Shown: piece by piece, positions 25,976 through 37,000 of the stretch
Position numbering within the stretch: the first letter of the stretch is position 1
Layout: every line of letters begins with the position of its first letter
DNA from: Macrostomum lignano
Taxonomy: Eukaryota
Reading direction: 5' to 3'
Assembly (NCBI GenBank): GCA_002269645.1
Contig: NIVC01000342.1
Span: 307,090-371,089 of the forward strand
DNA: 64,000 nucleotides
Made by a program: the position numbers and the translations under genes
Notes under the pieces: model-generated
Told to the model about the DNA's origin: nothing
Database searches by the model: none
Seen by the model: the letters and a program-made list of their open reading frames with translations, nothing else

Positions 25976-28537
25976 GCCATAATGGGTGGGGACTTATATC
26001 CCATGCGTCTCCTCTCGGGCATAGGGAGATGATGTGGTCAACTGTGTGCAGATGTCCACAGTCCAGGCAGAGTGGGGAGGTGGCGAGACCAAGATGGCAG
26101 TACGTCTCTGTGCTGATCATGGACATGCTGGCCCAAATCTGGCAGGCCAGGACGTGTTTGGCTCTGTTTCAGGCATGGAAGTTGGGCCAGGTGGCGGGCA
26201 GGGCATTGTCATCTAGGCAATGGCAATCCCTTTGGATGGCTGCCTATGCTGCTGCCAGCAAGATTGGGGCTTGTTCCTAGTCTAGTAGGTGCGCCACGTC
26301 AGTGGCGTGGTCTACTGCCTCGTTAAGATCAATGCCGCAGTGGACCAGGACCCAAGCAAAGTTGACGGTGGTCGTCTTACAGAGTTTGATGATTTTGCAC
26401 TAGCACTCCATTCCTGAGCTTGTCCTTTAGTTGAGGGGGCCAGTTTCTAAGGCAAGGAGCAACAACAGAGAGTTGGAGCAGATGTGGATACGGCTTCCCT
26501 TAAGTTCTTGGTTGTTGTTAACAAAACGGAGGGCTGTGTGGGCCACCACTTCTGTGTCAAAAAAGCTGCAGAAGCGGCCTTGCGCACGTGGATGGCCATC
26601 ACCATGCAGATGATGGCAGCGCTGCCTCCTGGGCCTGTGCCATTGGCGACCAAACTGTCAGTCCAAATAGTTACTTTGGCCTCTGGGAGTCCACCAAGGA
26701 TCTTCTTGGCTGCTTTGTGTCAGAGTTCTTGGGAGTCCGGTCGGTGGCTCCTAGGTAGAAGGTCGTGCTTCCTCTGCATACTGCAGGATGGTAATGTCTC
26801 CTCTACGAAGGTGATCCAGTAGCTCCACAAATGGAAGCTCCAAGGCTGCGTGTCGCCAGCAGAGTCAGTGCATGTGCAAAAGGATCTGTTTACAAAGTCA
26901 AGCTGCCGTCTCTGATGCGATGTGGGCCATTGGCTGTAGCTCGGCCAGGCGGAGGACGTGGTGGACATCAGTCGGGAGGATATAGCCTGTGATAAGTCTT
27001 GTGCAGGCATTCTGTTGTCTCTCAATAGAGTCTTGTACAAACGGCGAGGTTCCGCAAAGCCAGGTGCCTGCCGCATAGTTGGCAATGGTATGGACGGTGC
27101 TGATGTATGCTGTCCTCAATGTCTTGTGGTCGGCGCCCGTGGTGCGGTTCGCAAGGGCCACTAGAAGGTGGCGGCACGCAGTCATGCAGGCTCTAGTCCT
27201 TTTGGCATGCTGGCTGAATATGAGCTGTCCATCTAGGTGCATTCCCAAGTAACAAGGTTCATGGTCAAAAGCCAGTTTCTGTCCTTCAATAAGCAGTTGG
27301 ACTCATTTTTTACCATTTGTCTTGCGGGGGTCGAGAGTGAGTCCTGTAAACGCACGTCTCTGTACTGAGTGTCACCTTCCAGCATTTGCACCATTTGCTC
27401 ACAGCATCCAAGGCTGGTTGGATAGTTGCTGCGCAGTTGTCAAGGCTCTTGGCAGTGGCAAGAAGGGTCGAGTTGTCTGTAGAGTTTGATGTTGCAGTCC
27501 TTGGCTGCCTCAGCAACAGTTGCAGCGAGATCATTAATGTAGACAATCCAGAGGATAGGTGCTAGAACGCTGCCTTGGGGGAGTCCTTTGAATATGTACT
27601 CCCGGCTATAGACTTTGCCAAGGCGTACCCGTGCGTGGCAGTCTGAGAGGAAGCTTTGAATCCAGTTTATGATGTGCAAGTTAACACCAAAGTCGTGGAG
27701 TTTGATATAGAGAGCCGCTTTCCAGATCTTGTCGTATGCGCAACTAAAATCCAGGAGGCAGAGGATAGAGGAGGTGTGGGACTGCCTCCAGCCCATCAAA
27801 GATATCCTGGCAGATGCTAGCAATGAGTTCTTCCATTGACCAGCCCTTGCGGAAACCTGCTTGTGTGTTGGATAGTCTTCCAGAGTTTTTGAGGAAGTGC
27901 CACAGTCTTTGAAGAGCCATGTACTCCGCCAGCTTGGCTATGCAGCTGGTAAGGGCAACTGGGTGGTAGGAGTCCAGTTTGCTGGGATCCTTTCCTTTTT
28001 TGGTATTGGGATAATCCAAATGCGCTTCCATTGCCATGGGCAGTTGGCATTAGTCCAGGCTTGGTTGATGAGGTCAAGGAGTCTGATGTTAGTTGACGGG
28101 GGAAGATGCTTAATCATCTCATTGGTAATACTGTCTGGGCTAGGGGCTTTGCCAGACTTCAAGGAGCAGACTGCATGGCGGTACTTGGTGGTACTAAAAG
28201 TCGAGTAGATGTTGGGTTGGTTTTGTCTGTGGCAGCCGCACTCAGTTCTTAAGATGAGTTTTTTTGTTTATAGGCCTATCCTGTGGTCTTTTTTTGAGTC
28301 TTGAGACCGCACTGTATATTTGTCCAAACAGGTTTGCCTTCTCTAGGTTTGTATATGCAGGGCGACTTGGCATGGTGGGTCTCATCTGGGGATGGTAGAG
28401 AGATGCGCTTCTCTGTTGCTTATGGCCATCTTTTCTCATACGGCAAAGCAGCTTGAACATGTTGTTGTCGGCATTTAGTTTGCTTGCCTTCTCCAGCAAG
28501 CGGCCTGTTTTTTGCACTTAATGGTGATTTTTGGTAA
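25976..28537 (-). mobile_element. Non-LTR retrotransposon copy 2 (lacks the last ~45 nt and the tail)
   Basis: Duplicate of copy 1. Confidence 0.9.
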
Positions 28538-28620
28538 TGGCACTGCTGCTGCTGCTGGACAGCTAATACTGCTAGCTGCTGCAGCTGCTAGATAGCTAGC
28601 ATTGCTAGCTGCTACGGCTG

Positions 28621-28902
28621 CTAGACAGTTGGTGCAGGCAGAACAATTGGCTGTTCAGGTTGTTCCTGCGGCTCTTCCCAACAAAGGCTGCAGCTGAACT
28701 CAAAACTTTTTAGCTGCTGCAGATGGCGATACTGTTGGCAACTAACACCACTTTGGCACGTACAATGCTGCCATTTTTTGCATTGATCGCACTGCAAACC
28801 TTCTTGCCATGGGTGCACAGCCTCTTGGCACACAGCGTAGTTATCAATATTATTGTTCATTCCATGCGAGTGACAGTGTGTACAAGTAAATATATACTCC
28901 AC
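28621..28902 (-). mobile_element. PHD finger of the MULE element (copy 2)
   Basis: Translation identical to 25534-25815. Confidence 0.75.
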
Positions 28903-29913
28903 GAATCAGTGGCACCTAGCACATTTTCTCTAAATTGTGTACACTGTTCATGTGCCAACTTGCGAGTCATGTACAGTACATCTGCTAGCTAGTTCATGCT
29001 CAGATTGTAACGCAAAACAGCATTGTGCAATGGCAATCAATATATGTTGAAAATGCAATATAGCATATGCAATAAATTGTGCACAAAGGCAGTTCTTCAA
29101 TGCCTTCAATCTGGCTATGGAGTGTGGAACTTTCATCAACAGGCAGTGGAAGATTTGGAATATTCATCCACTGCAAAAATGAGGGTTGGAACATTTGTCA
29201 ACCAAGTTGATGACAAAAAAGTTGACAAAAATTCCTTAAACCACAAATGGCACTAGTGATAACCTTTCAGTTTTTTACTTCTACATTAGCCAGTTCCTCT
29301 GGCATTTACAAAAACTTGAAAGTTATTCAACTCAAGGCAAACTAGGCCCTACTCAACCCAAGGAAATAAAACTTGACTCAACAAAAAATGACTATGTCTA
29401 TACTCTAGGTTCTAATATATAGTACAGAGACTACCTTTATATATATATAATCAATGCAAGTTATTATATATCCTTTTAATTTTGAAATTATACTATCTAT
29501 ATAACTACATTTGTATCTTTTGCTTTAATGTATATTTTAGTTTATGTCATGATTTACCTAAAAAAGCAATTCATTATCAAATTTTGTTGAAATGCTCATT
29601 AATTTTGATTCAACTTTTTGCATGAATTATTAGAAGTTGCTAGGCCTAAAAATAAAAAAACCATTTTGTAAATCAGCATAATAAAAAAGAAAAAGGGTAA
29701 TACCCTAGCTACTAGCTAAGCTAACAAATAATTAGAATTTTTGCTTGCTTTTATCTAACTTTGACCTCTTCTCACTGCTTTTTCATTGGCTAAGCTAGAT
29801 TTGGTCTTCCTCTTAGGCTAGAAATTAAAGTTACCAAACTAAATTTGTGACATTATATAGCCAATTATTGAAAAGGGTATATAACTTAAATTGCAAACAA
29901 CCTTAGATATATA

Positions 29914-30201
29914 CATGCGCAACAGTCGGCCGAGTTGGCCAGTGGCTGACTGATTTGGTGGCCAATCAAGGAAGTCGCAAAAATGCCCACCGAAAAAAAA
30001 CACCAAATTAGTAGTACTAAGTAGCTGACGAGGCATTTTGACCTAATAAGACAGTCCTAGTTACTCCCGCCATTTACACAAAGTTGCATTGATTTTGCAT
30101 TAGGGTTTTTTACATGTAAGTCGCATTTTTGGCCAAAAACTACGTCACATTTTTGTTAAAACTAAGTCGCATGGCTGACCGAATTTTGGAGGTTGCGCAT
30201 G
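29914..30201. mobile_element. Short TA-flanked MITE with perfect 10-bp TIR CATGCGCAAC
   Basis: TA|CATGCGCAAC ... GTTGCGCATG|TA. Confidence 0.6.
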
Positions 30202-30568
30202 TATGCTTAGATATATAGATATTACGCTCGTAGATAGACTATCTAAGAAATAGATAAACTGGTAACTAATAAAAGCAGGGATGGGATAAAGGGTTCTTGC
30301 TTATTGACATGCTAGACACTTTGTTTAGCCTATGAGGGAATTCCCATATACTAAAACTATAAATCTAAAAGGCAAATTGTAGGAAATCTTCATAGACAAA
30401 AAAGGAGTTTGAAGTCATTTTCAGTCCATAGGGAATAAAGTTTAATTAGTGGATAGCTGTGTCAGTTGACAGTCACAACTACATATTGTGTTGGCACTTT
30501 GGTTCTTTGTGTTTTTTAAGTCTAAGAGTTCACTGTCCCTTTTCCTTCTCTTTATCCCTTCTTTATCC

Positions 30569-30578
<10 letters not shown>

Positions 30579-30635
<57 letters not shown>
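30579..30635. repeat. (TC)n microsatellite
   Basis: Read directly. Confidence 0.97.
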
Positions 30636-30638
<3 letters not shown>

Positions 30639-31008
30639 CTTAATCCCTTTCCCAATGAATGTTTTTTTAATTGTCATAAATCCTTATGACCTTATTTTGT
30701 GGCACCTCTTCTTCTCTTTCTCCACACATCTTATGCACAAAATTTGCTTAAAATTAGGGACAAAATTTGATTTTTTTCTGAAATTTGAAATTCAAATTGA
30801 AATTATCATGGCCCAATTTTTATGTCAATTTTTGGAAATTCAAAATTGAAATCGAAATCCAGTCCATCTCTAACATTAAATCATTTGAGCATATAGAAGT
30901 ATCACTATTGATATTTTTGTTACTGAAATCGTAGGTCCTATGTTACTTTGCAGCTTGTAAGTTAGTAGTTACCTGTCCAGTCCCAATATCGATCCAATCT
31001 GAAAGCAA

Positions 31009-34000
31009 ATGTCTGAGATAGCCTCAGCCGAGCACTTGGCTAGCGTTATCCACGAATTCTATAGCGGCGTCAATGCCGCCGCCAATGGGAGGCTGCTGGA
31101 ATCATTTGAACAGCGGCCAGACAGCTGCGATCTCTGCCTGGCATTTGTAGAGTCGGCTGCCAGCAGCGACAGCGGCTGCTCAGACTGGGTGCACTACCAT
31201 TGTCTAGGTGTGCTGGAGCGCCGACTCGCTGCCGCTGGTGGCGAGCGTCGGCATCGGCTGGCGCAGCTGCTGGCATCGGCGCTGGCCAGCTTGTCCGATG
31301 CCAGATCGCCAGCTTTTCTAGTTAATAAAACTGCCAAGGTGAGAAGTTTTGCTGAATCTCGTATCTCAAGTGTTGCGGGCATCCTGGCGCAACGCCTTCG
31401 GCGACTTCGTCCCTGACGGCAGTTCTGCCCATTCCGCTGACTCCTGAGTACATGCAAGTGCGCCAATACTGTAGGCAGGCGCGCACTCATAAACAATACC
31501 CTCTGCGACCAGCTTAATGCTACTCGCTAATAAAGACTCAATCAGAAGTGCGCCAACTACTTCACCGCAGGTGTTGGCCGACCTGAGCCGCATGGACGGT
31601 CGCGATCATCTGGCCGGAGTTTTACTGGACTCGGCCGAGTCTCTGCTGCGCCAGCCAGCCGGCTCTACCGGCCTCCGCTGCGCCGCCTCCCTGCTGCAGG
31701 TTGCCCTCGATGAGCGGCCGGACCGGCTAGCGGAGCGGCTGGCCGCCTTGACGCCCCAGCTGTGCCAGGCTTTGGGTGCCAGGTTGCAGCCGCCGCCTGT
31801 GCCGCTGCCCGAGCTGCTGCTTGACCAGGTGCTTGCCCTCCCAGATCCTCAGTTGCTGAGCCAGCTTCCCAGATCCTCAGTTGCTGAGCCAGCCTCCCAG
31901 CTTCTCAGTTGCTGGGCCTCCCAAATCCTTAGTTGCTGAGCCAGCCTCCCAGATCCTCAGTTGCTGAGCCAGCCTCCCAGATCCTCAGTTGCTGAGCCAG
32001 CCTCCCAGATCCGCAGTTGGTGAGCCAGCCTCCCAGATCCTCAGTTGCTGAGCCAGCCTCCCAGATCCGCAGTTGCTGAGCCAGCCTCCCAGATCCTCAG
32101 TTGCTGAGCCAGCCTCCCAGATCCTCAGTTGCTGAGCCAGCCTCCCAGATCTTCAGTTGCTGAGCCAGCCTCCCAGATCCTCAGTTGCTGAGCCAGCTTC
32201 CCAGATACTCAGCTGCTGAGCCAGCCTCCCAGATCCTCAGTTGCTGAGCCAGCCTCCCAGATCCTCAGTTGCTGAGCCGGCCTCCCAGATCCTCAGCTGC
32301 TGAGCCAGCCTCCCAGATCCTCAGTTGCTGAGCCAGCCTCCCAGATCCGCAGTTGGTGGGGCAGCCTCCCAGATCCTCAGTTGCTGGGCCAGCCTCCCAG
32401 ATCCTCATCTGCTGGGCCAGCCTCCCAGATCCTCATCTGCTGGGCCAGCCTCCCAGATCCTCATCTGCTGGGCCAGCCTCCCAGATCCTCAGCTACTGGA
32501 TCAGCCTCCCAGAGTGTCAGTTGCTGGGCCAGCCTCCCAGATCCTCAGCTGCTGGACCAGCCTCCCAGAGTGTCAGTTGCTGGGCCAGCCTCCCAGATCC
32601 TCAGCTGCTGTCCACGGCCGCCGTGTATCCTAATTGCTAAGCCAATCCAACTCACTCGCCCAGGTAAGTCCGGATTCAGTCCAAGCTGTTCGCCGCCTCC
32701 AAGGCTGCCTGATTGGTCAGGCCGCGGATTCCGACGCTGCCATCGCTTGCGCTCGCTTTCTTGCCGCTCTGGCCGCTTCGCCTCTCTGCTGGTGCCTGGA
32801 GGCCGCCTCCCCGGCCGCCTGCGACCTTCTGTTCTACCTGGCCCTGCACGCCGCTTCGCCAGCCGATCCGGAGCGCCTGCTGGCCGAGCTGGCCTGGTCG
32901 GCCGCGGCCGGTTTGCTGCAGCCGGGCGGTCAGCGGCCGCTCGGGCCCGCCTTTCTTTCCAGCGTCCGGCGCCGATCTCTGGCCGGGCTGGCGCACCTGT
33001 GCCAGGTGTCCGGTGCCGAGGATCGGCTGGGACCGGCGCTGGACTGCCTGCGGCCGATGCTGGCCGAGCTTGGCGCTCAGGATGAGCAGCAGAGACAGCT
33101 GGCGCTGCACCTGCTGACCCGGCTGACTGCCGACGCCGGAAATTGCGACCTGCTGTGCCAGTGCCTGGAGCTCTGGCTGGGGCTGGCCGACTTCCTAGCC
33201 AATGTGGCCGATTCTAAGGCATTTCAGGTGGGCTGAGCATTGTTGTTAGGGTTGTGGGCTTCTTGTTTGTGGGGATTTCTTCATGTCTCTGGGGATTTCT
33301 TCATGTCTGTTGGGATTTCTTCATGTCTGTAAGGATTTCTTCATGTTTGTGGGGATTTCTTCATGTTTGTGGGGATTTCTTCATGTCTCTGGGGATTTCT
33401 TCATGTTTGTGGGGATTTCTTCATTCATGTCTGTGGGGATTTCTTCATGTTTGTGGGGATTTCTTCATGTTTGTAGGGATTTCTTCATGTTTGTGGGGAT
33501 TTTTTCATGTTTGTTGGGATTTCTTCATGTTTGTGGGGATTTCTTCATGTTTGTTGGGATTTCTTCATGTTTGTTGGGATTTCTTCATGTTTGTAGGGAT
33601 TTCTTCATGTTTGTTGGGATTTCTTCATGTTTGTAGGGATTTCTTCATGTTTGTTGGGATTTCTGCATGTTTGTAGGGATTTCTTCATGTTTGTGAGGAT
33701 TATTTCATGTTTGTTGGGATTTCTGCATGTTTGTAGGGATTTCTTCATGTTTGTGAGGATTATTTCATGTTTGTTGGGATTTCTTCATGTTTGTAGGGAT
33801 TTCTTCATGTTTGTTGGGATTTCTTCATGTTTGTTGGGATTTCTTAATGTTTGTGAGGATTATTTCATGTTTGTGGAGATTTCTTCATGTTTGTAGGGAT
33901 TTCTTCATGTTTGTGAGGATTTTTTCATGTTTGTTGGGATTTCTTCATGTTTGTTGGGATTTCTTCATGTTTGTAAGAATTTCTTAATGTTTGTGGGGAT

Positions 34001-37000
34001 TTTTTCATGCTTGTTGGGATTTCTTCATGTTTTTGGGGATTTCTTCATGTTTTTGGGGATTTCTTCATGTTTTTGGGGATTTCTTGACGTTTTGAGTATT
34101 TTTCGTGTTTTGGGGGCATCACGTTTGTGGTAAATTCTTTGCGTTTGTTAGGGTGTTACTAACAAGTAGTATTAAGAAATTGAAAGCTTTAGTTTAAAAA
34201 ATTGGAACTCTACAAGTCAACGCTTTAATCCTCGTAGGATCCGGAGGTCCTGAACTCGACGCGTGCCGCCCTACTGGAGGCCACCGGCACCGCCTATTGG
34301 AAAAGCCAATTCCGGGCCAATCAGAATTTCTTAGACGGCCTTGACGATGGCGGCGAGGACAGTGAGATGCAGGTGCTGCTGAGACTGACCTGCGATCTGC
34401 TTCATCTGGTGGCCCAACTTCAGCCTGAGCAGGTATTTGCTGACAGGGTCATGCTGTCGCGTGGGTTTTTAGCCATTTATTAGCATTGCATAGATGCATG
34501 TATTAGATCTTAAAGTCGCCGCATTAGATCATTAGAATCGCATTAGGTTATTTGGGTCAAATTAGATAATCAGGACCGTATTAGATCATTAGGGTCGCAT
34601 TAGATCATTATAGGATATTCGCAATCAAGTATTATAAACGACACGTTAGTTTATTTACATTAGATTATTCTCGAGTCTCAGATTATTCTGCAGTCTGATT
34701 AGATTATTCTGCAGTCTGATTAGATTATTCTGCAGTTTGATTAGATTATTCTGCAGTCTGATTAGATTATTCTGCAGTCTGATTAGATTATTCTGCAGTC
34801 TGATTAGATTATTCTGCAGTTTGATTAGATTATTCTGCAGTCTCATTAGATTATTTTGGAATCCCATAAAATCATTCTGGAGTCTCATTAGATTATTCTT
34901 GAGTTTCATTAGATTATTCTTGAGTTTCATTAGATTATTCTTGAGTTTCATTAGATTATTCTTGAGTTTCATTAGATTATTCTGGAATCTCATCAGATTA
35001 TTCTGCAGTCTCATTAGATTATTCCGGAATCTCATCAGATTATTTTGCAGTCTCATTAGATTGTTCTGGAATCACAGATTATTTTGCAGTCTCATTAGAT
35101 TATTCTGGAATCTCATCAGATTATTCTGCAGTCTCATTAGATTGTTCTGGAATCTCATCAGATTATTCTGCAGTCTCATTAGATTATTCTGGAATCTCAT
35201 CAGATTATTCTGCAGTCTCATTAGATCATTAGAAAGTCATTAGATCATTAGAAAGTCATTAGATCGTTAGAAAGTCATTAGATCATTAGAAAGTCATTAG
35301 ATCATTAGAAAGTCATTAGATCATTAGAAATTCATTAGATCATTAGAAAGTCATTAGATCATTAGAAAGTCATTAGATCATTAGAAAGTCATTAGATCAT
35401 TAGAAAGTCATTAGATCATTAGAAAGTCATTAGATCATTAGAAAGTCATTAGATCATTAGAAAGTCATTAGATCATTAGAAAGTCATTAGATCATCCACA
35501 CGCGCCTGCCCAAACCAGGTCAGCGCCCTCATTGCCCGCGAGCTGGCCGCCACCCTGCAGGCCTATCATCAGCAGCTGGGCGAAGGCGCCCGTGTCCGCG
35601 AGCACGACCTTCAAAAGCTGCACTGCGCCCTTCGCGACCTGCGCTCGAACCTGGCCTACCTGCGTCAGCTGCCCTACCCGCCGGCCGGCCTGGCCGAACT
35701 CCTCCTGGCTGCTGCCGAGCGTGGCGCTCGGCCAGCCGAGTCGGCCGCCGCCTGGCCGGCCATTGCCGCCGCTTTAGCTGACGCTCAGTGCGGCCTGCTG
35801 CTTGGCTTGGCTGCCTGCCAGCCTGAGGACCCGACTCCGGCTCTGGCCGTGGCCGTCGGCTGCCTTCTGGCCGACTGCGGCGGTGCACAGGCGCAGGGTG
35901 AGACTGGCTGCCAAATACTGATTGACATATATATAGGTCAAATATGCAGCTGTAATATTTTTAGCTTAAAACTGTAGAAAATCAAAATGAGCTATTAAAA
36001 TTGAATTTCACCAACCCCATGCCCCATTTTGCAGTCTCCTCCCGTCTTCATCTCTGCTCTGCCGAACTAATCGCAGCTGTCCTGGCCCGTAGGCCAGATC
36101 TGGCCAGCTCCGTTCAACTGTCCAGCCTGCTGGCCGAGTTTGCTCGCGACGGTTTCCAGTCGCGCGGTATGCCGCCGGACGCTCAGGCCAGGCTGATGTC
36201 CGCCCTGGCTGCCGCTATCGACTCTGAGCAGGCGCTGGCCGGCCTGCTGGACTCTGCGGTGAGAGATGGCGATAAAAAGTAGTTGCACTCGATCACAGCT
36301 TAGATGTCCAGCAACTGTAGTAGGTCAGGATCCATGCCATGCGGAGGCAGGGACCTCCCCGATTCTGGCGCCCTTTGGTTCTAGCGCCCCTTGGGTCTTG
36401 CGACCCTTGGTGCTGGCGCCCCTTGGTTCTGGTGCCCCTTGGTTCTGTCGCCCCTTGGGTCTTGCGACCCTTGATCCTGGCGCCCCTTGGTTCTGGCGCC
36501 CCTTGGTTCTGGCGCCCCTTGGTTCTGGCGCCCCTTGGTTCTGGCGCCCCTTGGTTCTGGCGCCCCTTGGGTTTTGCGACCCTTAGTGCTGGCGCCCCTT
36601 GGTTCTAAAGTCTCTTGGTTCTGGCGCCCCTTGGTGCTAAAGTCCCTTGGTTCTGGCGCCCCTTGGTGCTAAAGCCCCTAAGTGCTAAAGCCCCTTGGTG
36701 CTAAAGCCCCTTGGTGCTAAAGTCCCTTGGTGCTAAAGCCCCTTGGTGCTAAAGCCCCTTGGTGCTAAAGCCCCTTGGTGCTAAAGTCCCTTGGTTCTGG
36801 CGCCCCTTGGTGCTAAAGTCCCTTGGTTCTGGCGCCCCTTGGTGCTAAAGTCCCTTGGTTCTGGCGCCCCTTGGTGCTAAAGCCCCTTGGTGCTAAAGCC
36901 CCTTAATGCTAAAGCCCCTTGGTGCTAAAGTCCCTTGGTGCTAAAGCCCCTTGGTGCTAAAGCCCCTTGGTGCTAAAGCCCCTTGGTGCTAAAGTCCCTT

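Larger units (their letters stand above)
22886..29046. repeat. Near-identical direct tandem duplication of ~3.09 kb (22886-25959 and 25976-29046)
   Basis: Same ORF set repeated at +3090 offset, then +3087 after a 3-bp deletion near 27587; few substitutions; 16-bp junction AATATATCAATATATG. Confidence 0.95.

Noticed and set aside
33254-35243. Hydrophobic ([12 protein letters not shown])n and coiled-coil-like (LQNNLIR)n ORFs
   Set aside because: Translations of the 20- and 21-bp intronic minisatellites.
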